Shown here piece by piece: positions 13,101 to 26,780 of a stretch of 64,000 bases of DNA. Under the pieces are notes generated by a model. That model was not told the origin of the DNA, made no database searches, and saw only the letters and a program-made list of their open reading frames with translations. A program made the position numbers and the translations under genes. This DNA comes from Mytilus edulis (taxonomy: Eukaryota). The DNA lies in assembly GCF_963676685.1 (NCBI RefSeq), contig NC_092355.1:18786001-18850000 (forward strand), given 5' to 3'. Numbering within the stretch: the stretch's first letter is position 1; the number at the start of each line of letters is the position of its first letter.

Positions 13101-16100
13101 TTATTTCGAATGAAGCTTTTATGACTATTTGTATAGGAAAATTGAGTGTGTACCCTTCCTGACCAAATACGTACAATCTCAGTAGTGGTTAATTGTTTAT
13201 CATATCTATCAAAACATTATTTTAAGAAGCTTATTAAATAAAATGTATTAAATAAATATTTAACAATTACACACATATATTAACTATTTTATTTGTACAT
13301 TTACTGATATACTTTAAATCTTTATTTACACAAGTTTTCAATCAGGTACCACGATATTTCAATTAGGACTACGAGATTTTAATCAGGTACTACGAGATTC
13401 GAACAATTGTAACCATCTCTTATGTACTCATGCACACCTTATTATTAGTCTCAAATTGAATATTTAATTTGTTCAATTAAAATCTATAAATTTTAACTAA
13501 CCATTTATAACCGGCTTCGAATTACTCGAGGCTTTTTGACTATACAAAGTCTTTAGCGGATCAGATTTTAGAATTAAATATTTAATCTCATTATAATTTA
13601 CTTTACTATACAAAGGAATCGGTTCCTATTACGGTAGGTGGACATTCGGAGATTTAACATATTGGTTCTATCATGATTATTTGAATAATATCACTGTGTA
13701 GAATGTGTTTATCGATCAAATGTCCTTATATCGCGTTTAAGTATGGCACCTTTTCATCACAATTGAGACGACTTCAAGTTCTGTTATTGTCATCCGCAAA
13801 TTGGTATTCAATAATAAATGTATATCGTGACTATTTGAAAAAAATGACAAATTTTCATACTTATTTTACGGAATCCTATTTATTGAGAAAAAACATGCCT
13901 TCTCTTGAATATTGATTTTTGTATCTCATATATTTCAATTTAATGTTTTGATACTGGCTTTTTTATCGTTTCTCTCTTAAGAAGTGCATATTTGTAATGT
14001 ACAATTCAGTACCATCAATTCATTTATTCAATCTTTAAAATGAAGTGTTTATTTTTCTATTAATTTACAGTGCAGCATGACTTAATGTATAATCTGTTAC
14101 TGAAAATGGTCTCATTCTGTTTCTGCAGTAACTCATTTGAAAGTTGTTTTCTCTGATACCGAACAGAAGTATCCATAGAATTATTTCAAGAGGACTAACT
14201 TGAGTGCATGTAAATATGAAAGACATACAAGAAATCATTAGCTTTTAAAGACAAAATCGAAGTGACACACATAAATTAAATCTATTTGAACCAGGATTGG
14301 GCTATTCACCTGACATTCTTAATCTTTTACAATAAGACGATTAAGAAGTTTAATTCTAAACTTTAATCAAAATTATTTCTTACATAAAACTAATTTACAA
14401 AAGTTCCAAGCATGAATACACAAGTCATGTAGATGCTGCTATGGTATATGCAGCGACTATCGTTCTCCCTAAAATGAAATTTGATAAATATCGTTTTAAC
14501 ATCTCAAATGAGTAATACTTTAATTTTATAGATTTTGTTTTAACATTTAATGGAATATCTTTATAAGAACTGTCTTTCGATTCGGCTTAATTAGAAACAT
14601 TGTCACTTTAGTCCTTTTCCGACCGGCAGTAAAACCCCTGACAAATAGGGCGTTCATTTGGTTGTTTGGAATGTATAAATTGTTAGACAAGTTCTGTCAA
14701 GATTAGAACGTTAAATCCGCTAAATTGTGTTGATGAAATGTCAGATTTTCTGCTTGTAAAAACGTTGCATAACCACATTAAGGATTCAGAAGGTGGCCTG
14801 TTGAAAGTGAAAATGCATATCGATATTCAACAATCAATTGTTTTACATTGACAGTAATTTCCCGCCCCTTTTTTTCTGTTGTACTACCTTGCAGAACCTT
14901 CCTGATTAATTGTAGAGAATTCTCGTCCAGAATATATTTGAAATGAATGCCGTTTGACTTCAATCGACCACTTCTCGGTCGAACTATGCAAATGTATGTC
15001 AAATTATCTATGTGCATATTTGCTAGGCCCATTTTTAGTTATAAACCTTAATCGTAACATATCTTTTCTGTTCATATAAGTTGTGAAATATTTATTACAA
15101 TCTAACCTTACAATAGAATTGAGAATTATAGATTAGAAATGGCAATATGTCAAAGAGACAACAACCCTACCAAAAGAGCAGATAACAGCCTTAGGCCATC
15201 AATGGGTCTTCAACGCAAGAAAATCCCGCACACGGAGATTGGCGTCAGTTGGCCCTTAGATAACAATGTGTACTAGTTCAGTGAAATTATTGAGAGTTTG
15301 TGTCGATTAAAAACAAATATATAGTCTTCAATGTTATTTTTCTAGCGATAGGATTGGTTGATGATCACTAATGTTTATTGACTTCAAGATTCTGTATATA
15401 TTTTCAAATTGAGAACAAAAGTTCTTAAATAAATCTAATCGTATTAGAAAATTTGCCATTTTCGTTCAATGGTATTTTTGAACGTTGTGTGCCTTTACAG
15501 AAAGTATGCTTTTCGATAACTATAAAAAAAAGAAGATGTGGTATGATTGCCAATGAGACAACTATCCACAAAAGACCAAAATGACACAGACATTAACAAC
15601 TATAGGTCACCGTACGGCCTTCAATATTGTGTAATGAATTGTTTTCTCCGGTCAATTGTACATGTGACTAAGATTTATTTTCCTACATATATTTCTATTT
15701 TGTTTCAAGACAGAGATAATGCTTTCAATCAGAAGTATTCAAACCAACAGTATATAACAGACATGGAATTCGTAACGGTAAGACAAACTTAGTTGTTAGC
15801 TACGGATGTTTGGACGGAGGTCTCTTTTACTGAACATTGTTTGGCCCTTTTCTCTATCTCATTTGTTTGACTTTTATTTTCTGATATATTTTAGTCCCCA
15901 ATTATCATCTAGGCTTTAAAATGCTGTAATTTTTTCTCCATTCTTTATATTTCCCCCTTTGTTCTCTATATAAGTCTGTAAACCCCACCCAGACCCTTTT
16001 TCCTTAGCTAAATAGGTTTATACTAAGTACAACCGCTTTGTTTTATTGTTTAATATATAAATATTATTTCTGTTCTTTATGGTGCTCTGAAATGCACGAA

Positions 16101-16881
16101 TATCTCACTACTGTACACACGTAAGAGTGGTGATCTTTGAAACAAATAGCATAGAGTCTATATCAAACAACAATGATCAAGTGTTTGAACTTTATCAAAC
16201 GACATACATACTTTAAATTACAACGCACTCCATCTTGCCAGTCGGGTCAAAAATAATAAAGCAACTACCTACTATTGTTTCAATACAAAAGATGTTTTGT
16301 TCTCAAGTACTTGATAATTATGTTGTAAAAATATGGACGAGTTTTAAGATGAACGAACGTTCGTACAGCATCACGCAACAATTTTTGTTAAAAAAATAAT
16401 CCGTTATTCATACAGACGTGGTCTTTTAAATAGTTTTGTAACATTATATAAGGCTTTATTTATTCAAAAGAAGACTCATGTATATTATAATTATTCTTTT
16501 TAAGTTGAACAAACAATGGCTGTATTATGTTGATATCATTAATATTTTAAAGTTTGAAATCTACATTCGAATCAGATTAGAAATTCATATTCTTGACACC
16601 TCTATTTCAGACAGAACTTAAAATGCAGAGAATATATTTCTAAATATGTAAATATTGATACTGTGGAGTATATTAATATGAATTATGTCAATCAGCAACA
16701 CTTTGATAGAAAGACTTAGAACACCTAAGTACCAACGTAACCCGGCTGATCCAGTCGTTTTCTTCCGACTCACTGCCGATCGCTACTGTATGCCAGTAAT
16801 AGGCGCAAAATTAGGGAAGAACGTCGATTTGTAAAAAAAAAATTCAGAAATTTGAAATTTTCTAAAGTGGATGAAGATACA

Positions 16882-18522
16882 ATGTCACAGAATACAACAT
16901 CGAGCTATGCGTTGGAGACACTTAACGATGACATGGCGCATCGATTACTTCCGGTTATAATAATTGTTGGACTATACATGATTGTTGGTTTATTTGGAAA
17001 TCCTCTGGTTGCAATATATTATGGATTATATGCTAAGAACACTCCGTCTCATCATTTTATTCTATCTTTATCTTTATTGGATTTAGTCATGTGTTGTGTC
17101 GATATGCCATTAGAAATCGTTGATCTCCGCCATTATTATAATTTTGAAAGTGTGGCAGCGTGTAAATGTCTGCGATTCATAAGCTATTTTTGCAGTATTG
17201 CGTCAGGTTGTATTTTATTGGCTATTGCTACCGATCGTTACCGAAAGATATGCCAACCGTTTAAAAAGCAGATAACACTAAAAATGACTAAAATCATGAT
17301 AGGAAGTGCTTGTTTGTTTTCGCTGTTTGTGTCGTGGCCGAGTTTAGTATTTTACACAGTAGTCAGGGTAAACGTCACAAGAGTTCCAGCTTTAGAAGGT
17401 TTTGATTGTACTTTGTTGAAAGATGATGAGTATACTGCATTAGTGACTGCTTACAATATATTTCAGTTTGTGTGTTTTATTTTTGCAATTACTAGTCTAA
17501 CTGTTCTGTATACTTTAATTGGAAGAAAACTATATCAACTGCGAAGTTTTAAATTTTACGCGACACAGAATACTGCTAGGAGTGATAAAGGTCAACACAG
17601 CTCCTCGTATACAAGTTACAGTGATAATGAAACACCGCGTTCGACGAATCTACATCGTTTATCATCTCACATGATAGAAATTCCGGACGAAATTGATGAC
17701 AAGCCGCTAGCGACAATAAAAGTGTTAAGCAGCGGAAGTAGCTATTACAATAAAAGTAGACCCACTTCGGCTTCGTCTGGATATAAATCCGCATCGTTTA
17801 GTTCTAGAGGGTCAAAAATTCATCCCGAAAGAAAAGAAAACGAAGAATCATCTTTATCCGAAGCAAGAATATCTCGAACAAAATCAGACGTTGCACCAAA
17901 ACGAACAAAGTCTGACGTAACTAATGGCGTCATCAAAGGTGTATCAATAAGTAGTATAGAAATTCCGGAACGGTTACGGTATAATGGATCTGTTAAATAC
18001 GCATTTTCAGAGAGATCCATTATGAGTAAATTTGGATCTTCAATATCGAAAGTGTCGCATTTAACCGAGTATGACGATGCATATTTTACACCAGAAAATC
18101 AAACTGAGACTCGGGACGCAAATCCAGTTGGAGATATTGATGACAGCGGAAAAAAATTAAAGGCACAAAATATACGCACGACAAAATATACTGTCATTAT
18201 GTTGTCAATTACAATAACATTTGTGCTGACTTATCTCCCCTACCTCGGTCTAATAACATGGCGGACACTGGAAGAGGACAGACTTTCGGAAATCATGACA
18301 AAATCGGAACTTGTCGCGCTTGAGTTATTTCTACGATCATTTTTGATCAGTAGTATAGCGAATCCTTTTATATACGGATTTCTCAATACTGGTTTTAGGA
18401 AGTTCGTGAAAAGTGTATTTAAAAAGAGCTGTTGGTGCTGTCCATGTTTCAAAGAGAAGGTTAACAGATTCTCAGAAACCGACCATTCGTATTCAAATGA
18501 AACAACACATAAGACTACGTAG
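16882..18522 (+). CDS. Orphan class A (rhodopsin-like) GPCR, 546 aa, peptide-receptor-like (the type often auto-annotated as CCK/orexin receptor-like in molluscs)
   Basis: Seven hydrophobic helices. GN in TM1 (GLFGNPLV), LSLLD in TM2, Cys at the top of TM3 plus ECL2 Cys (FDC), DRY (IATDRYRKIC), TYLPY in TM6, NPFIY in TM7, Cys-rich tail (SCWCCPC), N-terminal NTT sequon. First in-frame ATG is at 16882 (the track start at 16852 is TTG). Confidence 0.93.
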   Translation: MSQNTTSSYALETLNDDMAHRLLPVIIIVGLYMIVGLFGNPLVAIYYGLYAKNTPSHHFILSLSLLDLVMCCVDMPLEIVDLRHYYNFESVAACKCLRFISYFCSIASGCILLAIATDRYRKICQPFKKQITLKMTKIMIGSACLFSLFVSWPSLVFYTVVRVNVTRVPALEGFDCTLLKDDEYTALVTAYNIFQFVCFIFAITSLTVLYTLIGRKLYQLRSFKFYATQNTARSDKGQHSSSYTSYSDNETPRSTNLHRLSSHMIEIPDEIDDKPLATIKVLSSGSSYYNKSRPTSASSGYKSASFSSRGSKIHPERKENEESSLSEARISRTKSDVAPKRTKSDVTNGVIKGVSISSIEIPERLRYNGSVKYAFSERSIMSKFGSSISKVSHLTEYDDAYFTPENQTETRDANPVGDIDDSGKKLKAQNIRTTKYTVIMLSITITFVLTYLPYLGLITWRTLEEDRLSEIMTKSELVALELFLRSFLISSIANPFIYGFLNTGFRKFVKSVFKKSCWCCPCFKEKVNRFSETDHSYSNETTHKTT

Positions 18523-20690
18523 TATCTAAGGAAAGACAACTGTCTTTAAATATCATTAAATTGTTAAAAAATCTGTTTTGTAATGTCAAGTCAAAATATT
18601 GCTCCAATAAATAGTATTTCAAGTTAAGGAAGATATCTGCACCATACAAAACTATTATTTCTTGTCCGGCATTAGCTTTTCTGTTTGTTCGTTTTGCTTT
18701 AAATGTTCTTTATTAGTCTTTATAATTTAGAATTTTCATAAATGACATATTTAGGCCTCGAACCTCACGTGAGATACATTAACTGTAGGAGGTGGTCCAC
18801 AGTTGGACCCTAAATAAAATTGTGTACTAGTTCAGTTAAAATGGACGTCACACTTAACTCCAAAACATATTTATGAACTAAAATTAAAAAAACATACAAG
18901 ACTAAGAAAGACCAGAGGCTCCTGACATGGGACATGCGCAAAAACTCGGCGGGGTGAAACACTCATTTACACTGAAAATATACGTCTTCCGATTTATTTG
19001 AAAACTAATACTATTTAACATATTTAAATTTTTTGCTCTATCTATTAATTTCGAACTTGAATCCTACATCTCATACCACTGACGAGATCAGACACATATC
19101 TAAAACCCATTTCCTATTTCCATTCTCAATTTTAATTTTACATAAACATGTTACAAGTATAACGGTATCAGTATGGGATAAAGTTAACAAAATTCTTCAA
19201 TAATTTTTAAGAAAAAAATCATGTTCTAATATGTCGATCTGTGTATTTTGAATGCCATCGTGTTTACTAGAATGTGATGAATGCATGTGAGACATCTATA
19301 ATGCTATCAGTTGTCTAAAATGTGTGATGATAAGAACACCATAGGGATTTAATTAGGAAGTCATATCAATGTAATTTCACACAACATCATACTATGTATA
19401 TGTAAATATCATTTTTTTAAATACGACAAAATATACTGTCATTATGTTGTCAATTACAATAACATTTGTGCTGACTTATCTCCCCTACCTCGGTCTAATA
19501 ACATGGCGGACACTGGAAGAGGACAGACTTTCGGAAATCATGACAAAATCGGAACTTGTCGCTCTTGAGTTATTTCTACGATCATTTTTGATCAGCAGTA
19601 TAGCGAATCCATTTATATACGGATTTCTCAATACTGGTTTTAGGAACTTCGTGAAAAGTGTATTTAAAAAGAGCTGTTGGTGCTGTCCATGTTTCAAAGA
19701 GAAGGTGAACAGATTCTCAGAAACCGACCATTCGTATTCAAATTCAAATGAAACAACAAATAAGACTACGTAGTATCTAAGGAAAGACAACTGTCTTTAA
19801 ATATCATTAAAGATAAATTGTTAAAAAATCTGTTTTATAATGTCAAGTCAACATATTGCTCCAATAAATTGGATTTCAAGTTGAGGATGATATCTGCACC
19901 ATACAAAACTATTATTTCTTGTCCGGCATTAGCTTTTCTGTTTGTCCGTTTTGCTTTAAATGTCCTTTATTAGTCTAATTTTCATAAATGACATATTTAG
20001 GCCTCGAACCTCACTGGAGATACATTAACTGTAGGAGCTGGTCCACAGTTGGTCCCTAAATACAATTGTGTACTAGTTCAGTTAAAATGGACGTCACACT
20101 AAACTCCAAAACATATTTATGAACTAAAATTTAAAAAAACATACAAGACTAAGAAAGACCAGAGGCTCCTGACTTGCATTGTGACATGCGCAAAAACTCG
20201 GCGGGGTGAAACACTCATTTACAAAACTGTACGTCTTCTGATTTATTTGAAAACTAATACTACTTAATATATTTAAATGATTTGCTCTATCTATTAATTT
20301 CGGACCTGAATCCTACATCTCATACCACTGACGAGATCAGACACATATCTACATGTAACTTGAACACATTCCCCCGCCATTTCCATTCTCAATTTTAATT
20401 TTACATAAACATATTACAAGTATAACGGTATCAGTATGGGATAAAGTTAACAAAATCCTTCAATAATTTTTAAGAAAAAAATCATGTTCTAATATGTCGA
20501 TCTGTGTATTTTGAATGCCATCGTGTTTACTAGAATGTGATGAATGCACGTGAGACATCTATAATGCTATCAGTTGTCTAAAAAGTGTGATAATAAGAAC
20601 ACCATAGGGATTTAATTAGGAAGTCAAATCAATGTAATTTCGCACAACATCATACATTGTAGGTATATGTAAATATCATTTTTAAAAATA
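18178..20690 (+). repeat. Direct tandem duplication, units ~18178-19422 and ~19423-20690
   Basis: Both units run from ACGACAAAATATACTGTC through the GPCR stop, the 3' UTR and a repeat fragment to ...GTATATGTAAATATCATTTTT. Small indels distinguish them. Confidence 0.95.
19423..19773 (+). pseudogene. Duplicated 3' fragment of the GPCR (TM6-TM7-C tail, 109-aa ORF 19444-19773)
   Basis: Near-identical to 18178-18522: 6 substitutions and one 6-nt insertion. Lacks TM1-5. Confidence 0.9.
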
Positions 20691-21747
20691 TGGCTTTCAA
20701 TTAAAAAAAAACCACACACACAAATTTTAAGAAACACCTCTAGTGGTAGTTTTTCAATGGAAACGTATATATAGGTAAACGATGCCATTCCAAAATAACC
20801 CTTAAGGCAACACTTATATTTCAAACGTAATTTTGGAAAAAAGTAAAATCACAAAAATACTGAACTCAGAGGAAAATCAATTCGGAAAGTCCATAATCAC
20901 ATGGCAAAATCAAATAACAAAACACATAAAAAACGAATGGACAAGAACTGTCATATTCCTGTTGGAAATTTCTGTTATACTACATTAAAAATTCATTGTT
21001 CATTTACTGTACGTATACTGTGTGTTTGTTTATTCTTCATAAGTTAGAGATATACGGGGAAGGTTGAATCTAACGAAACATGTTTATCCCCGCCGCTTTT
21101 TTGCGTCTGTCCCAAGTCAGAAGCCTCTGGCCTTTGTTTGTCTTGTTTTTTCTTTTTTTATTATTTTACTAGAAGTTCATTTATATGTTTTGGAGTTTAG
21201 TATGACGTCCATTTTCACTGAACAAGTACACATTTTTATTCAGGGGCCAGTTGAAATCTACATCCGGGTGAGGAATGTTCTCAGTGCACTGAAGACCCAT
21301 TGGTGGCATTCGGCTATTACATGTTCTTGCTCTCGGGTATTTGTCTCTTTTACATATTCCCCTTTTCCATTCTCAATTTTATTCAACTTAGTATTTTAAT
21401 TAACTTTAAATTTATATTAATTAAGACAACTACTATATTTTTTATTGGGTTCAACTGAAGGTTTACGAATCCTAGAACAAAATTATAGGTTTTGCTTTGT
21501 TTGTTTCAAAATGTATTATTTGTATAACTACATGTATGTGCCTCACACAAAAATATGAAAAAGAGAAATTACTGATTACATAGTCACTTTTCTAGTTAAA
21601 TGTTTAGATAATTGAAATGCTGTATTCAATGAATACCTAAACTTGATGACTGTCTTAACATCCATCGACAACAACTTAATATAATAGGAGGATGATTGCC
21701 CGTCAATGTATTATGAACATGACTGTTTAGTGGCTTGACTGATCCTA

Positions 21748-22062
21748 TTTTTATGCCCCACCTACGATAGTAGAGGGGCATTATGTTTTCTGGTCTGTGC
21801 GTCCGTTCGTTCGTCCGTCCGTCCGTTCGTTCGTTCGTTCGTTCGTCCGTCTGTCCCGCTTCAGGTTAAAGTTTTTGGTCAAGGTAGTTTTTGATGAAGT
21901 TGAAGTCCAATCGACTTCAAACTTGGTACACATGTTCCCTATGATATGATCTTTCTAATTTTAATGCCAAATTTGAGATTTTACCCCAATTTTAAGGTCC
22001 ACTGAACATAGAAAATGATAGTGCGAGTGGGGCATTCGTGTACTGAGGACACATTCTTGTTT
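21748..22062 (+). mobile_element. Helentron-associated non-autonomous element (HINE / DINE-1 / pearl-like), one core unit
   Basis: TTTTATGCCCC...GGGGCAT 5' palindrome, (CGTT/CGTC)n microsatellite, core, 3' sub-terminal GGGGCAT and a short hairpin, inserted in T runs. Three copies in the window. Confidence 0.75.
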
Positions 22063-25000
22063 CGTGCTATTTCACAAGTCATTTGTCCAGAAGACTACTT
22101 TTCTTTCTGCCAAGCGCATGATTCTGATATAGAACTGACCAATGTGTGTGTTTACTAATAACTTATTGTACTTGGTGTATGGAAAAGAGGCAGTGGCAAA
22201 GTTGCATTATATTTTCTAAAAGTCATCTGTTTTACACGAACTAATGACTTTTCATTCCTCAGAGATATAATTATTACGTAACAAAATAGGGACAGTCAAA
22301 CCCCTAGATCGTAAATAAACTGACAATGCCATGACTAAAATAGAAAGACAAACAGTTTTATAATAGTACAAAGACAAAACATAGAAAACTAAACTAAGCA
22401 ACACGAACTCCACAAAAAACTTGGGGTGATCTCAGGTGCTCCGCAAGGGTATGCAGATCCTGCTCCACATGTGGCAACCGTCGTGTTTCTCATGTTATTA
22501 CATCAAATAGACTTATTCGATATATCACATTCGTCCAAAGGGAAGAGAATTGTAGTTACGACATAATGAACATATCCTATATCATCTGTTTAAACGGTTA
22601 TTCCATAACGGTCAACCAAATAACTCGTGATGGAGTTTGAGAATGATTTCAACTTCACTATTTGAAACTCTTGGTTTAATAGCTTGAAGCGACTACCGAG
22701 ATGAAATTTTGCATACACTCTAAATATTCTTTTATTTTGAACTTAAATACAACTTTAAAACTAACATCATGACCATTACGTCCGTCAATCATTATCAAAC
22801 TTACATTGAAGATTTGGTTGATCGTATTGCAAGACTACGTGCTTGGAGATGACAAAATTGCATGTATAAGGGTATACATTTATATGGGTGTGCAGAATAG
22901 AAAGTAGACATGAGTGGCGATATACAAGGGAAATAAAGGGTGAAACAAATAAAGAATAGAGAAAAACTGGTAAAACATGAAATATTTTTTTTTTTTAAAT
23001 AGCGTAAAAGGGGGTGCTTTAAAATAAAGATTAGTGGAGAAAATACTAAGGAAGAGAAAATGGTCGAACAAATTCAATATTACAGAAATGAACCACCCTC
23101 CAAATCAGGCCATTGTGTATATGAGGATTCATACCAAAGAACCACGCAGACTATTAATGAATTGATACATCGAAACCAAAAAACAAACAATAATAAATCA
23201 GGATATAAGAAGGATTGAGCAAATTTTGGTACTGTATCGATTGATTCAAACAGTACCTATTTATCTCCAATTTATGCAAATTATCAAAAGTATACATGAA
23301 ATATGAATTATTCCCCATTGATCGACGAAATTTGAAGAACATATTTACACATCGACCTACAATCTGTTATGATTCCTTTTACGGATTGTAAAATAAGGAT
23401 CAATGATCAAACAGTTGCAGCACTGGTTAGAAATATTGCTCCGTTCGGAAAGTCACAATGTGTTTGTTTAGCATTAAAAGATCGTATCACCGTGAGAAAC
23501 GTTTAAAAGATGTATACAGGCAACGTATCTAGGTTACTAGCTACTTCAGGAAGCAAAATTCACTTTTTTGTTCTAATGAAAACATTGTTTTCATTTTTTA
23601 AATTTAAGCAAAGCCAAAAACTACGGGTTTATAAATTCACCAGCCTTTAGTATTACTGTTAGAGTTTATGTTGGATTTCCGAGCGTATTGTCGCTGAGGA
23701 GTAACCCTCAATGATTACTTGGGAATATGGACACTCCTGGTATAATGACGACGGTAGTCCAATTCTTGCCTAAGAGAGATGTCCGTTTGGCTATGCGGGA
23801 TGTAGAAGTACTCAGCCACGTCCAGTCAGAATGGGGCGTTTAATCTAATGCCTCGTTTAGAGATTGCTACGCTCTCTGCCCTTTTGCAACAAATCGTTCA
23901 GAGGTGATCTGTTGCAACGCAAAATTTCTGTCTCTATCGAATTTACCTCATTTGCCAGTAGAAGTGAAAATTATCCCTACCTTCATTCCTGAAAAAATAT
24001 ATTACAGGACCTACCAATTATATGTGTTGTGAATTTGATCTCGTCCTGTACATGAAATAGTTGACACTGGACGTTAACAAACCAAAAACGAATTAATCAT
24101 GAAGGAATATTAAACAGTTTTCAACCGGATGCACGTATATATTTGATGTTCTTTTTTATATTATTCTTCAACAAAATCAATAGTATTTGATTGCTGGGGT
24201 CTATGATATTTGAAATATTTAGCTGAAACGAAACACAGTGATTAAACTTGTAAAGTTCGTGACTTGTTATAATATGTTCTGGATCAAAACAAAGAAAAGA
24301 AAAGAGTATAAATCGTCGAAGTAGACCCAAAAAAAAGAATTCCTCGATAGGCGTCATTTAAAGTTATAAGCACGCAAAGATTAAAAAAAATCTACTGAAA
24401 TACGTTTTTATATACAATTTGTGAAAAGAAATTATTAATAAGTCTATGAATGTTTTATTGAGTTTTTCATATAAGGAAAACAATAGTTATTCTATAAATG
24501 CGGCATTAGTTTCAAGGCTTTTTGTATAAAAGATCAATTTCGGGTAACTGCCTTTTGCCAAGAAACAATTCAAAAAGTTAAAAGGAAACTATTTAATACA
24601 ATAAGTGCCATGATCAAATACTAGTACATATCCTGAATGACCGACCATTCGTGCGATGTACAGCCAGTCAAGGTCGTTAATACCGCCCAGCATTATCATA
24701 TCCTGAGGTACTAGCTTTGGATCTCCCCTTTGGCAATCACATGTTTGTATAATACACCCACAGCGTGGGAACGAAAGCGTCTTGATAAACTTCTATACAG
24801 GAATCTGACGTTTAAATCAATGTATTCGATAAATCGATCGCTAGCTGATTCTAATCTTGTTCCTGAACTTTTCACATAAGTAGAAAGATTATAAATGTCC
24901 CATATCTTATCGTTATGGAATATGTAGCACAACGATAAGACAATTACAAACTGTAACTATTAAAACACCATATGTTGCTTTACTGAATTTAACGTACTTT

Positions 25001-25219
25001 CATATTAAACATTTAATATCAGAATAGTTGAAAATTTGAATATTGAGAAATTCTGCGGTCATCTTACTGTGCGTTTACATCTTAAATGTAGATCGATGAA
25101 TACAGTTTAAAAAAAAAATGAAAACAAATATTTACAAGTTGCATGTGTATGAAACGTTTTTTTTTCTGAACTTACCTAAAAAGCCAAACATTTGAAAGCC
25201 AATGAGGTGTACAATGTAA

Positions 25220-25445
25220 GGGACGACATCAAACGATCAATGTAAGATAAAAAAAAACTTAATTCAAATAGTTGGGGGAGGGGGTTGAACTGCTGCAAGA
25301 TGTGGTTATCCGACATTGATTTTTACATATATCTATATGGGTCAATCAATTTTTCCCAAATTAAGTTAAGTAAGAGGGGGTGGGTCAGTGATAAAACTAT
25401 GTGAATTTAGTTTTTTATCCTTCATTGAACTTTTGATGTCGTCTC
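25220..25445. mobile_element. MITE with TAA target duplication (PIF/Harbinger, Tourist-like)
   Basis: TAA-GGGACGACATCAAACGATCAATGTAAGATAAAAAA ... TTTTTTATCCTTCATTGAACTTTTGATGTCGTCTC-TAA, ~35-bp imperfect TIRs. Confidence 0.8.
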
Positions 25446-26321
25446 TAAGAACCGAAACATTTAAAGAGCTGAATGACCAAAAATGACTTATAAATAATAG
25501 GTTCATATTTGACTGGGAGAGTCAGTTTATTTTCAATAATAATTTATTCACATATGATATATAAACAAACACTTTAAAGAAAGGTTTGTTATACATAAAA
25601 TAAAATTGAGAATGGAAATGGGGAATGTGCCAAAAAGACAACAACCCGACCATAGAAAAAAAAAAAAAAAAAAAAACAGTACTGAAATTTTGAGTACTTA
25701 GCTGATGATATCCTAGGGAATTGATCGTTCACCATCAGCTTAAAGTGCATACTGCAAAATTAGGAGTACAAATCCACAGAAAGGGTGTTTCCGACAGTTT
25801 TATTTATAAATAAGGCTGACGTAACAAGTAATCCTTAAGTATGCAATAAAATTACATAAAAATAGACTAGAACCTTTAAAGAAACAAAACAAATCGACAA
25901 TATACAATCAAATAATTATGTATACATTTGAAACTTTACATATAAAATCTTATACTATCTCTTTTAGGGCAAAATTATTCCAAAATCTATTTGTTTATGA
26001 TCCCCGGATTTGACTACATAACCCTTCACAAACTATGGTCGAAAATATCCGTAGGGTCTAATCGATACTACCGATTTTAGATTCACTGTGGTATCCTATC
26101 ATATTTGTTTTATAATATCTCCCTGATTTCATGATTAAATAAACATATCGATGGCTTTGACCGCTAGGTCATAGTTCAGATAAATGTGAAGTAATACACG
26201 GTATATGTATTCCTATCGGGATAATAACGGACTACATAAATATAGAATAACGGATTTTTTACTGACTTTATCAATAAGAATATCGTTTCAGTACGCTAGA
26301 CGAGCCGATGAAGTCAATATC

Positions 26322-26780
26322 AAACAAGAATGTGTCCAAAGTACACGGATGCCCCACTCGCACTATCCTTTTCCATGTTCCATGGACCGTGAAATTGGGT
26401 AATAATCTAATTTGGCATTAAAATTAGAAAGATTATACTATAGGGAACATATGTACTAAGTTTCAAGTTGATTGGACTTCAATTTCATCAAAAACTACCT
26501 TGACCAAAAACTTTAACCTGAAACTCCCACTTTCATTTTCTATGTTCAGTGGACCGTAAAATTTGGGTCAAAAGTCTAATTTGGCTTTAAAATCAGAATG
26601 ATCATATCATAAGCAACAAGTGTACTAAGTTTCAAGTTTATTGGACTTCCGCTTCATCAAAACTACCTTGACCAAAAACCTTTACTTGAACGGACGCACA
26701 GACGAACGGACGGACGAACGAACGGAGCCATAGACCAGAAAACATAATGCCCCTCTACTATCGTAGGTGGGGCATAAAAA
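26322..26780 (-). mobile_element. Same HINE-like family, two tandem ~167-bp core units
   Basis: Reverse complement of the 21748-22062 element. Core anchor GGACCGT recurs at 26384 and 26551. Confidence 0.75.

Noticed and set aside
14071-16881. Candidate 5' UTR exons of the GPCR (acceptors near 14070, 15710 and 16610; donor at 15778)
   Set aside because: Splice-like motifs only. They cannot be supported without transcripts.
18240-19790. Antisense ORFs 18240-18539 and 19485-19790 (also 17576-17794 and 17820-18020)
   Set aside because: Shadows of the GPCR coding strand. They recur only because of the duplication.
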